Positions 12,380-24,120 of a stretch of DNA of 64,000 bases are shown here, piece by piece. Origin of the DNA: Felis catus (lineage: Eukaryota). The first letter of the stretch is position 1; each line of letters starts with the position of its first letter. A program made the translations under genes and the position numbers. A model generated the notes under the pieces. It searched no databases and was not told the origin of the DNA. It was given only the letters and a program-made list of their open reading frames with translations. The stretch lies in the NCBI RefSeq assembly GCF_018350175.1, contig NC_058370.1, positions 90,644,001 to 90,708,000 on the forward strand. Direction: 5' to 3'.

Positions 12380-13932
12380 GCTCCCAGTCTCACCGGCTCG
12401 GAGGCGCCAGGGCCCCCCCGGGGCCGGGGCGGGCCGGGGAAGGTAATGTAATTCCGACCCAGCTAACCCGATTATGGCGGCCTGCACCGGGCCGGGCGGC
12501 GGCGGGGGCGGGTCTACGACGCGGGGGCCCGCCGGGCCCGGGTCCCATCCCGGGAAGGACGCAGAGTTCACACACTCCCAGCTCTTGGGTCCGCGGCCAG
12601 AGGTCATAAGGTCACCAAGCGGCTTCAGTTTTTCCCCACCTCCCTTCTCTGACACACTCCAGGCACAGTTTCTAGGGCTTGGGTGGGGTGTAGCGTCTGT
12701 GGGAAATGAGGCGGCTGATCCCCCCCGAAGGCTTCGGTGAGGACTCATGTGTCGCCTGTGGCGATTTTGTCCTCCTGACTTTGAGGAGGGAAGGGAGAAG
12801 TGTGTGAGAATAGACTTCCTAGGCGCGTAGTGGAGGGGCAGAGTCCCGCATGGGTGGTCCCCTGTCGGGGGCGGAACGCCAGCCCCAAGCTCTCACCGGC
12901 CGGAGTTGGCCCGGTTTGGGCCAATGGTCCGCTCTACACTGATTTCAGAAAATCGAAATTCTAAGAAACACAGGGCACCAATTGCTGGCGCTCCCGGAAG
13001 GAGGTAGGGGCCCTATGGGAGAGGCCGGGAGGTGCACCAGGATAGCTGGCCCAGAGTGGTTGTTGCCCGCCCTAGCCCCCCAGACGCACCCTGCCACTCC
13101 CTTCCCACACCTGTCCTCTTCCCGGGCCTCCAACTCGTCGGCGCTGTTCCCCAACGGCTTCCCATCGCAGCCAGGAAGCCACAACGAGATTTGGTCTTCG
13201 AGGGCACTTAGGCGGGGGCCACAACGAATCCGGGAGTTGGCAGGCAGGACCCATCGCGAGACGAAGAGTGGGGGCTGTGGGAGGAGGCACCTGCGAGGAA
13301 GCCGGTGAGGCCCAGGAGGCCCAAGGCGGAGGCCGGTGAGGATGGAGTTGCTGTGCGCATCTCGGCTGACTCAGCGGGCAGCGGCCCAAGCTCTGGCCCC
13401 TCCCGTGCTGAGCCTGGTTCCTAACACCCTTGCCACCTCCCCCCTTACCCCCACCATACCCGCCCGCCACTCTTCCCCGTGTTTCGCACAAACAGGCGTC
13501 TCTTTCCCTTTAACGGGTCCGGCCCCGCCCCTGCCCTACCCCCAGCCCCCACTGCCCACCCAGTGCTGATCTGTCAGTCACTGCCCCAGCCCCAGCCGGC
13601 CAACCCTCTCCACCCAGCACTCGGGCAGAGGCCCCGGCACCCTAGCGTCCATCTGAGCTTCAGAGACAGCAAGGGCACTCCTGGGGCCCCCGCCGGTCGC
13701 GCTCCCCCGGGATGCGAGTCCCTGCGCCGACGCCCGGCAGAGGCCGGCACGGGCGCGGCTACTCCCCGTGCACAGGCATGAAGATTTCCCGGGGGGCCCG
13801 GGGACCCGCCGCGGCCAGCTCCGCGGGCCCCTGAGGCCGTCGCCCCCAGCGCTCCGCGGCTGGGCTCCCAGAGTTGCCTGGGGCGCCCTCCCCAACCGCC
13901 AAACCTCCTGCGGTCCTCCTTGACCCCGACCC
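12380..13932 (+). promoter_or_regulatory. TLX2 upstream CpG island/promoter with homeodomain-site element
   Basis: GC-rich; TAATGTAATT...CCGATTA at ~12444-12474; CCAAT boxes at ~12921 and ~12978; AP-1-like tgactca at ~13367. Confidence 0.7.
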
Positions 13933-15326
13933 ATGGAGCCGGCGGTCCTGGCCTCGCACAACCTCCCGCACCACGAGCCAATCAGCTTTGGCATCGACCA
14001 GATCCTGAGCTGCCCGGAACCCCCCGGGAGCAGCCTAGGCCCCGGTCGGTCGGGCCAGGGCCATGGGGAGAGTGTGGCGTTCTCGGGTGGATTTCACGGA
14101 ACCTCAAGCTACGGCCCCGCGGGATCGCTGGCCCCTCTACCTGGCAGCTCCGGCATGGGCCCAGGTGGCGTGATCCGCGTCCCGGCGCATCGTCCGCTGC
14201 CAGTGCCGCCGCCTGCGGGAGGTGCCCCTGCGGTGCCTGGACCCTCTGGCTTGGGCGGAGCCGGGGGCCTAGCGGGACTCACCTTCCCTTGGATGGACAG
14301 CGGCCGCCGCTTTGCCAAGGACCGGCTCACGGGTGAGGTTGCCCGACCCTCCAGCGTCTTGCCCCACACTGACCCCCTTTCCTCATCTTTGATCGTCCTG
14401 CTCCAACTCAACTTCCCCGTACGCTCCCCGCCCGGATCAACCCAGGCGATCCTTCCCCAATTTGTGTCTCGTGGTCGCGCTGCTTAAGAGAGACGATGGG
14501 GTAGGAGCTGCCGTCGATGCCCGCGCCCTCCTTTGCAGGCCACAGTCCACACTGAGGGGAGGGAAGGATGAAGTTCCGGGGGCCGTCTCTTCCTTAGCAG
14601 AGGGGGAGGGCCATTTCTTCCGAGGCCCTTTCTTGTCTGGAGGCCTTTGCTGATGCGAGGCCGAGCCTGGGGCACCTGGAAGGGCTGCCCTGAAAACCTT
14701 GCCCTGTTCTTTCTTCCTCCCTGTAGCCGCACTCTCGCCCTTCTCCGGGACGCGCCGCATAGGCCACCCCTACCAAAACCGGACCCCTCCGAAGCGGAAG
14801 AAGCCGCGCACGTCCTTCTCCCGTTCGCAGGTGCTGGAGCTGGAGCGGCGCTTCCTGCGCCAGAAGTACTTGGCCTCGGCCGAGAGGGCAGCGCTGGCCA
14901 AGGCCCTGCGCATGACCGACGCACAGGTCAAGACTTGGTTCCAGAACCGGCGCACCAAGTGGCGGTGAGGCGCGGGGCGCCCGACGGCTGGCGGGTGGCG
15001 TCAAAGTGGCGGTGAGGCGCGGGGCGGGTGAGGCACCTCGGGCCCGGCGGTGACGATGAGGCGCGGGGTGGGCGAGGGCTGGCCTGACACCGCGCCTCGA
15101 CTTTCACAGGCGCCAGACGGCGGAGGAACGCGAGGCGGAGCGGCACCGCGCGGGCCGGCTGCTCCTGCACCTGCAGCAGGACGCCCTACCCCGGCCTCTG
15201 CGGCCGCCGCTGCCCCCCGACCCACTCTGCCTGCACAACTCGTCGCTCTTTGCGCTGCAGAACCTACAGCCCTGGGCCGAGGACAACAAGGTGGCTTCCG
15301 TGTCTGGGCTCGCCTCGGTGGTGTGA
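13933..15326 (+). CDS. TLX2: T-cell leukemia homeobox 2 (HOX11L1/NCX), 284 aa
   Basis: Exons 13933-14332, 14727-14964, 15110-15326 (855 nt). eh1 motif ISFGIDQIL, hexapeptide FPWMD, homeodomain [20 protein letters not shown]...[13 protein letters not shown] with the TLX-diagnostic Thr47, C-terminus [23 protein letters not shown]. Confidence 0.98.
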
Positions 15327-17328
15327 GCGACGCCTGCCCAACCCGCCGAGCGCTCTTTTCCGGACCGAGGCGCCGTGTGGAGCGCCGGGCTCAGGGCCAC
15401 GGAGCGCGCGGCTGACCATGCCGTGGCTCTGTGGTAGCGGAGCTTGTGAGGAAGGGCTGGCTTTGAGGCTATCGTCGAGGGCTCCTGGGCCACTGCCGGC
15501 TCCCAGGCTAGCGTTGCACGGTAGCACAGTGCTTAGACGTGGCCTTTCCCGCCATTTCCCAGTCAACTGTGGTTGCACCCCAGCTGGAATCCGAGGAGCC
15601 GAGAAGGCGGGACCTGCAGTATGGTAGCCAATGAGGTGAGGGGAGGGGGAGGGCTGGCCAATGGGAGCTGCTCTCCTGAGGACGACGGATTCTTCCGAGG
15701 GTGGGTTAGTGCTGGGGTTCTGGACCCACAGGGCAAGCTCAAGGTGGTGCTGGGATGGGACGGCGGCAGCTCGCACGCACTGCCTGGGCCTGTACCAAAG
15801 GTGTGATGGAAGGAAAGAAGACACCAATGACAGTGGTATCACGGAGGAGGTGCTGGAGGGTGAGAGTCTGACTGACTGTGACAGGAACCAGAGGGTTATC
15901 CACACTGGGCATCTCATTCTTCAACTGTAAAATAATCGCCAAGGATACCTTCCTGACTTTGAACCTCATGTTGTCGTGTGTGTTCAACCCGCTGACTCCG
16001 TCCTCCTGCTTGAGCCTCACAATGTGCCTGGGCGGCAGGCAAGACGGATGCTTATACACCCCATGAAAGACACAGTCACTAATCTGGCTCTGGTGTCCTA
16101 TGGGGACGGAGAGGGGAGAGGGGGGAGCAGTGGATAAAATTAATGGGCCCTGTGGAGTTAGGGTGAGCAGAATTTGGCAAATAAGTAGGGATATCTGAGA
16201 AGAATCAAAGATAATTCCAAGGTTGGAAATGTAGAGGACCAGGAGATCAATGGTGTTGTGGATAATAAAGAGGAATGAAAAGACTGGAGCAAGATAACTC
16301 TGCAGGCAAAACTAAATGCCAGACCTAAAGAGAATACATTCTGGAAAAGTGCTTTTGGGGGAGGTTGGTTGACATCTACGCAGACGTGGAGATAGAATGA
16401 TGAGAACAGATAGACTCTCCAAGGGGAGGACACTCTGAGGAGAAAAAAAGCAGAGTTGTAAGGATTAAATCTTTCTTTCTACCAATTTCTACAAACACAT
16501 TTACAATGTGCAAGCTGATGGAGGATATCAAAGTTAATAGTTCAAAGGAAGAAAAGGGAATGAGCACTCAGCTGGAAAGAAAGGAAAGCATGATGTCCCT
16601 GAAGTTGTTAGAAAGACTTTAGCTTGTGAGCGGGCCAGGGGCTGCTGGGAAGCTTATTGATGGAAAGTTAAGAGTTTGGGGATGGTTGCAACAGCCATGA
16701 GGTTTAAGAAGGAGCAGGATCTAAGTTGTATGTGGAAAAGGGAAGATTTTTGTCTGATTTCTTACAGCACTCTCATTCTTCCTCCCCTAGAGGCAGCAGT
16801 AAGACAGAGGGAAGTGAGCTTTGGGCAGGGTCAGAGACCAACTGTTGTCAAACTGCTCATGTTCTAGGGTAGTGACAGCTAGGTCAGTCACAGCACCAAG
16901 TCTTGACCACAGGAGGGAACCAGGCAAGAGGATATTGTGGGGGGAGTTGGATGATATTGTGTCATCTCTAACTCATGGATGTTGTGTATGCTGCTGCAGA
17001 ACAAAACTCAAACTTGACACATAGAAAAAGAACTTTTATAGGCCAAAATGAAGCACACAAAGATGGGTTTGGCATAAGTTGGGGGCTTGGCGGTGACATG
17101 TCAGTCACTCTCCAATAAATAGAAGAAGGCTAAGGAAAGGGTCCAACCTTATGTATACTGTGGCTTTCCCAATTCCCTCCACTCTTGGTCCACCACTTCT
17201 TGAGTCTCAGATTCCAGGATTTACGTTTGACCCTAATCTTTGGCCTTCTAAATCTGGCTGGCTGCTTAGTGCTAGCCTGAGGGGGATCTAATGCCTTGAG
17301 ATGAGCTCAGTTCCATTCCTTAGGCAAG

Positions 17329-20300
17329 TCACTGCAGGACACAGGCATCTCCAAACTCTTGGGTGGAAGGGGATTCACTTTCTATTGAAGAATCTGCCAT
17401 TTCTTCTCTCAGCTGGTTCAAGAGGTCTCTGCTCTCACTGGGAGGCAAGTTACTAAGGAAGTATGGAGGGGCCAATTCCACCAGCCTGACAGAGAGAGTC
17501 ACAATCAGAAGATGACTTCTGTATCCTCTCTTGTAATACAGATTTTTTTTTTTTTTGTAATACAGATTCTTAAACTTCCCATTCTGTCCACAAACCCTGC
17601 CTCTTCAAATCATATGTCATTACAAACCACTAAGATATCCTCCTCTCCTTAAGGCTCTCTAACTCCCCAGCCATAATTTTGGCCCCTAGAAGGGGAATGG
17701 GCAACGTAGGAGGGGTGTCAGGGAACTCACATCTGTGGTTGAATCTCAGAAACAATGGAAAGGCAGTTGTCTTTGGAAATGGAGAAATTGTGGTAAAGCA
17801 CCCACGGTGGAGGTCTGGCTGGAGCCCGGCGGCTTCGGTAGCAGCAGTATGGGGAGAGCTGGGCCACATGCTTATGTGTTAGGAGCAGGTAATTTCCAGT
17901 CCCATCTGTGTCTCGGGCCACCTCGTTGAAAAGCAAAGATAGTGAGGGAGTGAGTGGTGGGGGCAGGGGGAGAGGAAGACAATAGAAAAAAGAAAAGGGG
18001 GTTGAGAAAGAATTAGGAAGGGTGGCGAGAGTATTAAAAGTAAAGCATCATCTCTAGGTGTTAGAGTCCCTATCATATGGCATTTCCCATAGCCCCCTGT
18101 ACTCCAATGCCTCAAAAATTTCTTCTGGTTCTTAAAAATCCTTTGAATGATCATTTGGACTCCAGTTTCAGAGACGGCGTATCAATTTTTGATCCCTCTG
18201 CTTTCTGCTCCATTTATGACCTTCACCCCAACTCTTTCCCCTAACCTTAAGGAAGTATCCTGACACCAGTGCTTTCTGAAGGTTTCTGCGATTCTGCTCA
18301 GAGCCAAAGGCTGGCTGGGACAAGGGAAGTTCAATTCGTTGCATGAGTTCTAGGAGTTCACCTCGAAGTTTCCGGGCTTGGCACAATGCTGCCCAGTTTA
18401 GCCCCCGAGCCTGACACCAAGCTTTGTCTGCTCCACCTAAAAGAGGAAAGGGAACAGCTACAACTACAAAGAGAGCCCCAAGAGAACCCAGAGTTTGGTC
18501 AAAGGGCCACCTCCTCCTGGGCATAGAGATCTGCTAGCTGGTTGCATACTGCTTCCCCTCTTTGGAAAATCTGGGATTTTATAAGAAGATGCCAAGTGGG
18601 CTACTCACTCTGTATAAAGGCTTCATACACCTGGATCAAAGAACTGTGATCACCATCTGTGTGTTCCAGGGCTCGGCGCAAGGCAGCTTCTTCTGCACAG
18701 TGTGGAGGCTGGGTGAACCCAGGGGCAGCTGGAGGCAGAAACAAGGAAGGTCATTTTGGGGAATGAGAGAGGATAGCAGTATAGAAGGAAGGGTGAAAAG
18801 GTGTAAAATGCCATTTTGGGAAATGTATTCAAAAGACATCGATAACTTCTAGGTGCTATAAACTTTATTAGACAGTGAACATGAATAATGAAAGAGTCTC
18901 TGCCCTCAAGTAGTTTAGAGTCTAGTGGGAGACATAAGCAAGCTTGATCAGCACAACAGGTGTGTGGGCCAATGTTTGAAGTTTTGTTAGGAATTAGCTC
19001 AGTGGCAAAGGGGCAGAGAGTCTGAACTGTGGGCATGGCAAGGCACAGACGTTAGTAATGTGGCCTGTTTGGGGACCTGCAAGCACTTAGTAACCTTAGA
19101 GAGAATGGCATGTGTGGCACAGTGGCAGCAGATAAAGCTGGAGAGGCAGGTATGTGCCAGGTCATGAGAGGTTGGATGTGCTGTGCTGATGAGTTTATAT
19201 TCTATCTGGAAGGTAAAGAGTAGCTGTTGGAGAAGAGTTTTGAAGTAAGAGAGTCCACGTGTTTGAAGAAGTTTACTTGACAAGTTAGAAGGCTAAAGGA
19301 ATCCAGTCTCAGTGGGGATGAGGATCTAACACTGGCACCGATAGTGAGTTTGGAGACAAACAGATGAATTAAAAAAAACACACACACACATTTAGGAGAT
19401 AAAAATGAAAGAACCCGGAGAAATATTAGTCTCGAATGATGGCAGTAGAGCTGCAGAGGCGATGGCATGCTTTTGTGGTGGTGGTGAGGGAACAGTTTAA
19501 GCAAGTGCTTGAGTTCAGCTCTGGGCTGGGATACTGTGGACAATTGTGGTAGAAATGTCCATCAGGAGTTGGATATATAAATCTAAGATTCAGAAGAATG
19601 ATATTGGCAGGGAGATACAAGGTTTGGAAATTTTAAGTGTAAAGATGGCACTAAAGACCATGGGTGTGCATGAACTTGCTCGGAGAGTTCAAGGAATGAG
19701 AAGGCAAAAGGGGAAAGGATGGAACTCGGAGGTCTAATTTACCGTGGGTAAGCAGAGGACAAGGAGCCCAGGAAGAGATGAAGGGAATGACCAGAGAAGT
19801 AGGATGAACACCCAGAGAAGCAGGTCACAGAGGCTTAGGGAGCCGGCAGTTTCAAGGTGGGAGTGGTCGGCATTTTCAAGTGTCAGAAGGTCATAAGGAG
19901 CAAGGAAGGGCTCAGAAGTGTTTAGTGGATTCGGCCTGGGGGGTGGGGTGGGAGGTCACTGCTGAGCTGAGACTTGTCAGGGTTGCTACGGGCCTAAGGC
20001 TGGGATGCAGTGGGCAGGAACACACTAGGCAGACTGGGACAGAGGTTATTCTGTATAGCTGCTGGGGAGTAGAGTGTGGAGGGAGAGGGGTGTGAAGCTC
20101 TAGTAATAATAGGAGAGATTTAAGCATGTTGGAGGCAAGAACCAGCATTGGGAAAAGGCTAACGAGACAGGAGAAGGATAAGTGATTAAGGCTGTGATTT
20201 TGGGCACTGTAAGGGAAGCATAGGAGATGGGGCTGGCCTTTGGAGCACCAGAACATCAGAAAGGGCTGGGAAGGACTGAAGTGGTGTCAAGAGCCAGAGA

Positions 20301-23076
20301 CAGAAGTGATTTATACCAGTGAGCATGGCGGCCAGGGTGAGCATCTCATCCACACAGTCAAACTCGCAGGAGGCCAGCAGGGCTTTGGCCAGCTCAGGGG
20401 GCAGGGGGAACTCTGATAGGATGACTCCCAGGTCTGACAGGTTCCCATCATCATCCAGAGCTGCCAGATAGTCTAAGTCTTCTAGGGCCTGCATCAGTGC
20501 TTCTGGAGCTGGTGAGGAAACAGGGCTTATAGGGCAGGAAGTCTCAGAGCCTGGAGAGCCCGGAGAGGCTGGAGGTCAGGCAGCAGGACTTGGGCAGGAG
20601 GGGTGCTCACCAGGCCGGTCCAGGAAGTGACACTCCCCTGGCTCTGCAATCTGTCTCCTCTTTAGTAGTAACACCAGGGGGCTCAGATTCTCCTCACATA
20701 CCCTGGGTGAGGGCAGTAGGGGAGCCTCTAGTTCTAGGAAGGACTTAGGGTACAGGCAGAGGCAGGATCCTGAGGGGAGAAAAGATTTGGGACAGAAGGC
20801 CACCGTAGATTTCTCAGAGTTTGTGTGTGGTGACTTTTCATGTTTGATCTCAGAAGGGCAAAGGCTCTTACCTGGTAGGACCCCTCTTGCCCGGAGTCGT
20901 CTTGCCTCTGCCTGACATTTGCTGATTGGTCTCAACACTTGGGATTCTGCTCGGATCTGAGGATTGTACACCTGTCACCGCCCCCCAACCAAGGCCAAGA
21001 CAGATCAGAGCGGGCCACTTCTATCTTTAGCCCCCTCATCCCCCTCATCTCTCTCACTCACACTTCGAAGCTCCAGTCCTGAGTCAATGACATGTCGGAT
21101 GGAAGGGAGGGAGAAGGAGAAGTCAGCCAGCCAGTGAGTGACCACGACCTTTCTGGCACCCAAGTCTATGTCCTCATATGCAGCCTGAACAGCTGGGCCA
21201 TGTCCTGGGTGAAGGGGCAGCACTCGTGGTGGAGGCCCTCTGAGAGCCAAGGGCCCCACCTCCCTGGACAAGGATTCGCAGCACAGCAAAATTTCCTGAA
21301 GAGAAGGGTGGGGCATTAAGGCAGTTCTCACCTTTTTGGGTGACAAACCCTTTTGAAAAACTGATGAAAGCTATGGTCTTTCACTCTGAAAAAATGCACA
21401 TACTCATAAAGTTGGGCGTGTTATAATTTCAGGAATTTACTGAACCACAGTCTCTGCCTTAACATGGATTCAAGAAGGGGGTGGTAGACCTCTTTACCCT
21501 GAAGTCCTTGAGTTTTTCCTAAGGACCCCAACATAGTAAATACTGTAACTCCGATGTTCCTAACAAGCATTGCTCCCCCAGAAAGGAAGGCGGCATACAT
21601 GTGAATCTCCTTCTGCAGCCCATTTTTACCTCCTCACTGGGCAGGTATACTAGCACATCTCCTGGAGTCTCCTTCGTACACAATTCAATCACAGCTTGGC
21701 AGGCAGCTTCCACTCGATCAGTAGGGACAGTGTCCCTGTATACAGGAGTGGGACACGCACCAGGCCCTCTGGGTACACGCACAATAGGAGGATTGCCCCA
21801 GAAGGCTTGGAGCTTAGGTTCAAGGGCAGGGTCAGTAACCACAACCACTCTTGAGTCCCCTGGAAGGTTTCCCAGGCTGGCATTTCGCAGTAGCCCCTGG
21901 AGCAAATCCGAGGCCACTGACCGCTCCTGAGCCTCATCCAGCACCAGCACGCCCCAGGCTCCTGTGCCCCGGGTTGAGGCCACCTCCTGTAGAAGCAGCC
22001 TGTCCCAGCAAAACCTGTTGACATTGGCAGTGGGAGGAGTCAGTGTGGGCAGTGACCAGCTCCAGGAGTCCAGGGGAGTGACTTCCTGTTGGGGGAGGGG
22101 GCTAGGCTTTTGATTATAAGGTCAGAAAAAGACCGTGAACCTGTATTGAGACCCACAACCCCACTGATGACATTTTGTTCACAAGGTGTACTCCAGTTGG
22201 GAGAGTGGGACTCATGATGAGGGTGAGGTTGAGTGTCCGAGGTCCTTGGCTGGGGTTAAGGGCTTCATTCAGCATTGTGTCATGCATGATTTAAAGGGTG
22301 AACTGGCTGAGGGAGTTTATGGTGAGATGTCAGAGGACTGGGCTTGTTTCTAGTGGGTGAGGAGAATTAGATTTGGGTCAGGCCTGCAAGAGGCCTCACC
22401 TGAGCAGGGTGTCCGGCCCAGTGCAGTCTTCCTGGGGAATGCTGTATCCAACCTCATGACCCAGGGTTAGGTCCATCTCATCGGCAACCCGCAGGGCCAG
22501 GCTCAGGGCTGCCAGAGGGTGGGGCTGAGTGACAGTTACTTGGCCTTCCTGGAAACCCCTGGCCAATGCAAACTCTGCGCACCATTGAGGGATCTGGGGT
22601 AGGGACAGGAAGGACAACCAATCAGCAAGATGCAGGACTTCAGTCAGAAGTGCTGGGGCGCTGTGGCCACTTTCATTTGGGGAGTTCCCTGGTCTTTCAC
22701 CAGCCACCCTGGGGTCAGTCTAACTGGTCTCCCTTTGACCACCTCCCCAATAACCCCATGCAGCCCAACCCCCACTTCGCCTGTGGAAGGACCAGTTCTC
22801 TAGCCCCTCCCTTTTTCTACTCCCAGAATCTCCCCCAACCTGGGTGCTCTTGCCAGAGCCAGGCTCTCCAGACACCAACACCACTCCCGAGGGGCTACTC
22901 TCCAATTGCTCCATGAAGATAAAGCGAGCAGCCCAGATGGGTAAGGCCCGGCGCTGCTCAAGAAGCTCGTAGTAGCGGGAAGAGAATGGGAGCCCGTCAA
23001 AGGGGTTCACAGCCAATTCAGACTCCCTGGGGCTTGGGCCAGACTCTTCTGCCAGCCCAAGAAGCTGAGAGGCCAT
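17329..23076 (-). CDS. DQX1: DEAQ-box RNA-dependent ATPase 1
   Basis: Coding exons 22840-23076, 22400-22593, 21630-22014, 21062-21295, 20872-20971, 20611-20769, 20317-20508, 18609-18728, 18246-18436, 17731-17921, 17329-17485. Walker [10 protein letters not shown], motif II DEAQ, HA2 region [21 protein letters not shown], ends DACVLQ*. Confidence 0.97.
18880..19930 (-). mobile_element. LINE-2 fragments in DQX1 intron 8
   Basis: L2 antisense-type text (ctctgccctcaagtagtttagagtctagtgggaga; gttggatatataaatctaagattcagaag); approximate. Confidence 0.55.
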
Positions 23077-24120
23077 GTTGGCTGACTGGCAGTACCTACA
23101 GAAGGCAGGGCAGTGATTAAGGCTTCGTATGAAATGAGTTACACCATCTTCCCACCCTTGATCCCTAACCTGTACCCTCAGGTGATACTGCACTGGGGTC
23201 CATCCTTCCCAGCATTTCTTGCCTGCTACAAAACCGCGGAGACCAGAGTCTGAAAGTGAGGTACTATCACAAGCGGACTATTAACCTGTAGTCAGGTAGT
23301 AAAAATCCTGTGACTAACATAGGGGGCCTCCAGGGCAGCAGGAATTGTGGTATCCTGTGGGAAGGCTCCGAGAGGAAAAGGATAGAGAATAAGAAGAAGG
23401 GGACAAGAATTGGGGGGGGGGGGTGCGGCGACAGGGCCACAAGGATCCTGGATTCAAACCTGCTTGCAGCTCTGAGACGTGTCAGGATGGCAGCCAGTTC
23501 TGGACCCACCCAGCCAGTCACCACCAACCCAGACCAGAGTGAAGTACAAAGGTAAATTCCGGCTCCACCCTGGGGCTGGGCTTAAATGGGAACCCTAGAC
23601 TGGTTTTGGGGTGGGGCCATTTGCTCCACCTTATTTAACCTGTCAGAAGCCTATAAGGAAAACAGGTTCCAGACACCACACTGAGCATGTGTACTCTACA
23701 ATGTATATTGTACTTGTTAGTGAAAGGCATCTTGGGACTTGAAGTTTTGCAAGCTGTTTCTTCACAAAGCTGAGCTGAACACCCAAGCTAGGGTCCAGTG
23801 GCTGCTGGTCTTTTGTTCAGTTATACTTCCTTAATATCACTCATCTCTTGACACGAAGAGGTGATTTCAACCACCTCCCACAAACCCACAAGGAGGCTCT
23901 CATCCATGTTCTTCCCAAACCAAGGAAAAAGGAACCTGCTCAGTAGGTTTTTGAGACCCAGAGAGGCAACAGATATACCTTGAGTGAAAACCCTGAATTT
24001 AATGTGGTTTTGGGGGGAGCCCCATCCCTCCCTTTTTACCACCCACCCTTCCAGCCTGTTGTAAGTTGGGTGAGGGCTGCCCCCAGTCTCCGTCCTGCGG
24101 CTCTGGGTGCCATCCTGTGC

